A DNA stretch of 64,000 bases, from positions 13,206,001-13,270,000 of the forward strand of contig NC_090345.1 in NCBI RefSeq assembly GCF_035084215.1, written 5' to 3'. A program made the position numbers and the translations under genes. Below the pieces are notes generated by a model that saw only the letters and a list, made by a program, of their open reading frames with translations, did not search any database and was not told where the DNA came from. The DNA comes from Heptranchias perlo. Taxonomy: Eukaryota. Shown one piece after another: positions 61,445-64,000 of this stretch. Each line of letters starts with the position of its first letter. The first letter of the stretch is position 1.

Positions 61445-61640
61445 AACACAAAAACGGAAAATGCTAGAAACACTTAGCAGTATGGAATCTTTCCTCAGAG
61501 TAGAGGTTCTGAGGAAGGATTCCATAACTAAAATGTCAACTTGTCTTCTCTGAACAGATGCTGTCCGACCTGCTGAGTGTTTCCAGCATTTTCTGTTTTT
61601 TTATTTCAGTTTTCCAGCATCCTCAGTATTTTGCTTTTTG
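61445..61640 (+). mobile_element. Penelope-like fold-back remnant with decayed hammerhead-like core
   Basis: Nested inverted repeats 61481-61499/61508-61526 and 61451-61480/61570-61599, with CTGAGGA..AAAA. Confidence 0.6.
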
Positions 61641-63943
61641 TTCAAATCTTCTAACATGTTGTGTACTGTTGCCTACCAGCGCATTGGTTGGTGTGCAGCT
61701 AGCAGGCTAAAGTGAGCCGTAACTCTGGACTCTCCCTGGTCTTCATCATTAAAAGATGAAGCAGTACTTCAAATAGAATAGAATGAGTTTGAATGACCAA
61801 TGGGCTATTCGCATGGTGTTTAAATACAAGCTTTGAGTTGCTTGGTGACAGAACATGTGAAAAATTCCTACAATATAAACACTGCTGACCCGATAGAGCT
61901 CATTTGCATTATCGCGTGAATAATCAAAGAGCCTGTGAACGTTGAATCTTCAAAACAAAAAATAAACAATAAGTACAGTTGAAGAGGAACTTTTAGGTAA
62001 CACATTTCTTTGTCGGAATGCCACACTGACGTAAAATTTTGTTGGTGGGAAAAATGCCAAACCGTCAGCTAAAGATAGTGGTGTGAACAACACGGTTTGT
62101 ATGCACTTCACTTGACGCCAATGAAAATTCTAATGGTTCAATAGAAGTAAACACCTAAGGTGTTAATTGAACCATATTAGATTATTGGATATGTTTTCTT
62201 TTGTAAAATGAATCTACCGCTGAAACACTGTTCATCTTATTCTCTCTATCCAATTTATTTTATTCTCTCCTGTCACCCTATTCCAATTTTGACCAGTTGT
62301 ACTTTTTCATCACCCCCCCCCAATCACATTACTAAATACCTTGGCTGCTTCCATTGAGACTTATGATACTGAAAGCAATGTTGCACAAAAAGCTTTCATA
62401 TGTAGATTTTTGTATCATATAACACTGTAATGAAAGTCATTTTCTGTACATTTCTAATGTTAAATATCGTACCCTGTATTAATCTAGAACTAATCTAGGT
62501 AAAAGTTGGTCCAGACGGCAGTATTCGCCTGTGCAGCTCTGAGACGCCCGTACTCTCTCCAGTCTCCGTTACATCACCTTCCTCAGTCTCCAAGCTGTCT
62601 CCACCCTCTCCATGTTTTGAAGATCCCATGTTCTATCCCTGCCTGCGTGTCTCCATGTCTCTGAGATTTTCTCCTCCCCCCGCTCACCACCACAGCACCC
62701 TCTGGATTTCCATGCCTCTCGGGTCCTTTTTCCCATCGTGTGGTTCCAATGCCCCTGCTCTCTCTCTCTACGTCTGAGATCTCGCCACTCTCTCGGTATC
62801 TCCATGATCATCCATCTCTGGGATTCGCACCTTTTGGGTTTCTTGCACCATCCCATCTCCACGGCTTCAAGATTTCCCATCTGCTCTGGTTCTCCTAGAT
62901 CTTCCTGTCCTCTTTTCACCTCCATGATTCCCCACATCATCATCATGATCCTGATGCCCACCATCTCTTTGACTCAGAATTCAAAAGCCACTTGGGTGAC
63001 TTTGAGACCCCATCCTTCTCCGTGTCTCCAAAGATTTCTCCACCCATTCCATATATGAGTAATACCTCCTCTCCTTGGTCTGTGAATCCTCCCACCCCCC
63101 TCCCCTTCCCTCCACGAGCACTGCTTCCACTACTAACTCCACTACAATCCTTTTATGAAACGATACTGAATTTTGTTGCTGGAGTTCAAAAGGTCACCAG
63201 TGAAAACAGGTTAGCGGGAGAAATAGACAGAACTGCTGTGTATTAAAGGAGACAGATACTGAAACGGGGTTACTTGATAAAGGCTCTAACAAAGTCATCT
63301 TGAGTCACGTGATGTTTTTAATCTCTTAAACAATGCAACTCCACAGTCAGATTCAAGTTCCTTTGCTGTCCATTCCAGCTGCTTCCACCTGTCCCTCTGT
63401 CACTGCTGTTTCACCTCTCATTCTTTGCTCTCAGCAGAATCGAGGTGGGATTAACCCGTCATGCTGAGTGCCAGTCTATCCCTTCACTGGATTCATCATG
63501 TCGGGTTAGCCTCACCTGACATAGCTTCCTGTTGCTAGGAGAGACTGAGAGGGAATGCAGCAGATGCTACTGAAAGAAAGGTAGGAGTGGCCTTGGAATG
63601 TGGTGAGGATGATTTGGGTTCGTATCAGACACATGAAAAAGAGTGGGAGGAAAGTTCAAAGTAGATGGCAGGCAGGAGCAGGTAATATGAATTGGACTGT
63701 GAAGTGCCAAAAATTTGCCAGATACTCCCTAGAAGCTACTGATGATTTGTGGTGTCTGTACAACCAAAAACATTAACTTCAAGAGGGTGTTAACCATTGA
63801 CAGAGATTACTCGGTACAAGAACTTTGCAACTTAGACCCTTTATATTGCAACCATCCCAATAACCCTGGAAAATAATTAACACTTTCAATGTTGTATGTT
63901 CTAGTTAATTTCATAAAAAGGGAGCCTCCAAAAGTTGTTAATG

Positions 63944-64000
63944 TAGTTTCCCCAGATGGCTCAGTGGGTGAATGCCACCGTCCAGTAGTGAAATAGACAG
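63944..64000 (+). mobile_element. AmnSINE2-like 5' head (runs off the window)
   Basis: CCCCAGATGGCTCAGTGGGTGAATGC. Confidence 0.5.

Noticed and set aside
62520-63130. Pyrimidine-rich block with ORFs on both strands
   Set aside because: Low-complexity composition explains the ORFs. I could not establish a periodicity or termini.
1-64000. Novel RT-associated prokaryotic-style system (retron, DGR, defence island)
   Set aside because: All RT sequences are ordinary non-LTR CR1/Zenon/L2 fragments in vertebrate repeat-rich DNA, with no operon structure.

Overview
This is eukaryotic, repeat-dominated vertebrate DNA, most likely from a cartilaginous fish (shark). That inference rests on the repeat content: many CR1 LINE subfamilies, CR1-Zenon-type LINEs, L2 tails, DeuSINE (SacSINE1/AmnSINE1-like) and AmnSINE2-like SINEs, and Penelope remnants. 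I found no intact host protein-coding gene, and almost all ORFs in the track are transposon fragments, their antisense frames or repeat artefacts. The main structures are: a complete-boundary but decayed two-gene PIF/Harbinger transposon (19343-23394, AAC target duplication) with an internally deleted derivative at about 4785-5310; a near full-length CR1 (about 42791-47147); a 27-bp minisatellite of about 61 copies (23812-25473) abutting a CR1-Zenon copy with a twin-priming-type 5' inversion; two probable solo LTRs; hAT and Harbinger-type MITEs; several nested insertions; and Penelope-derived fold-back remnants with decayed hammerhead-like cores. I do not see evidence for a wholly new multi-gene system. 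Family names come from recalled consensus motifs, not database searches, and boundaries of old copies are approximate.
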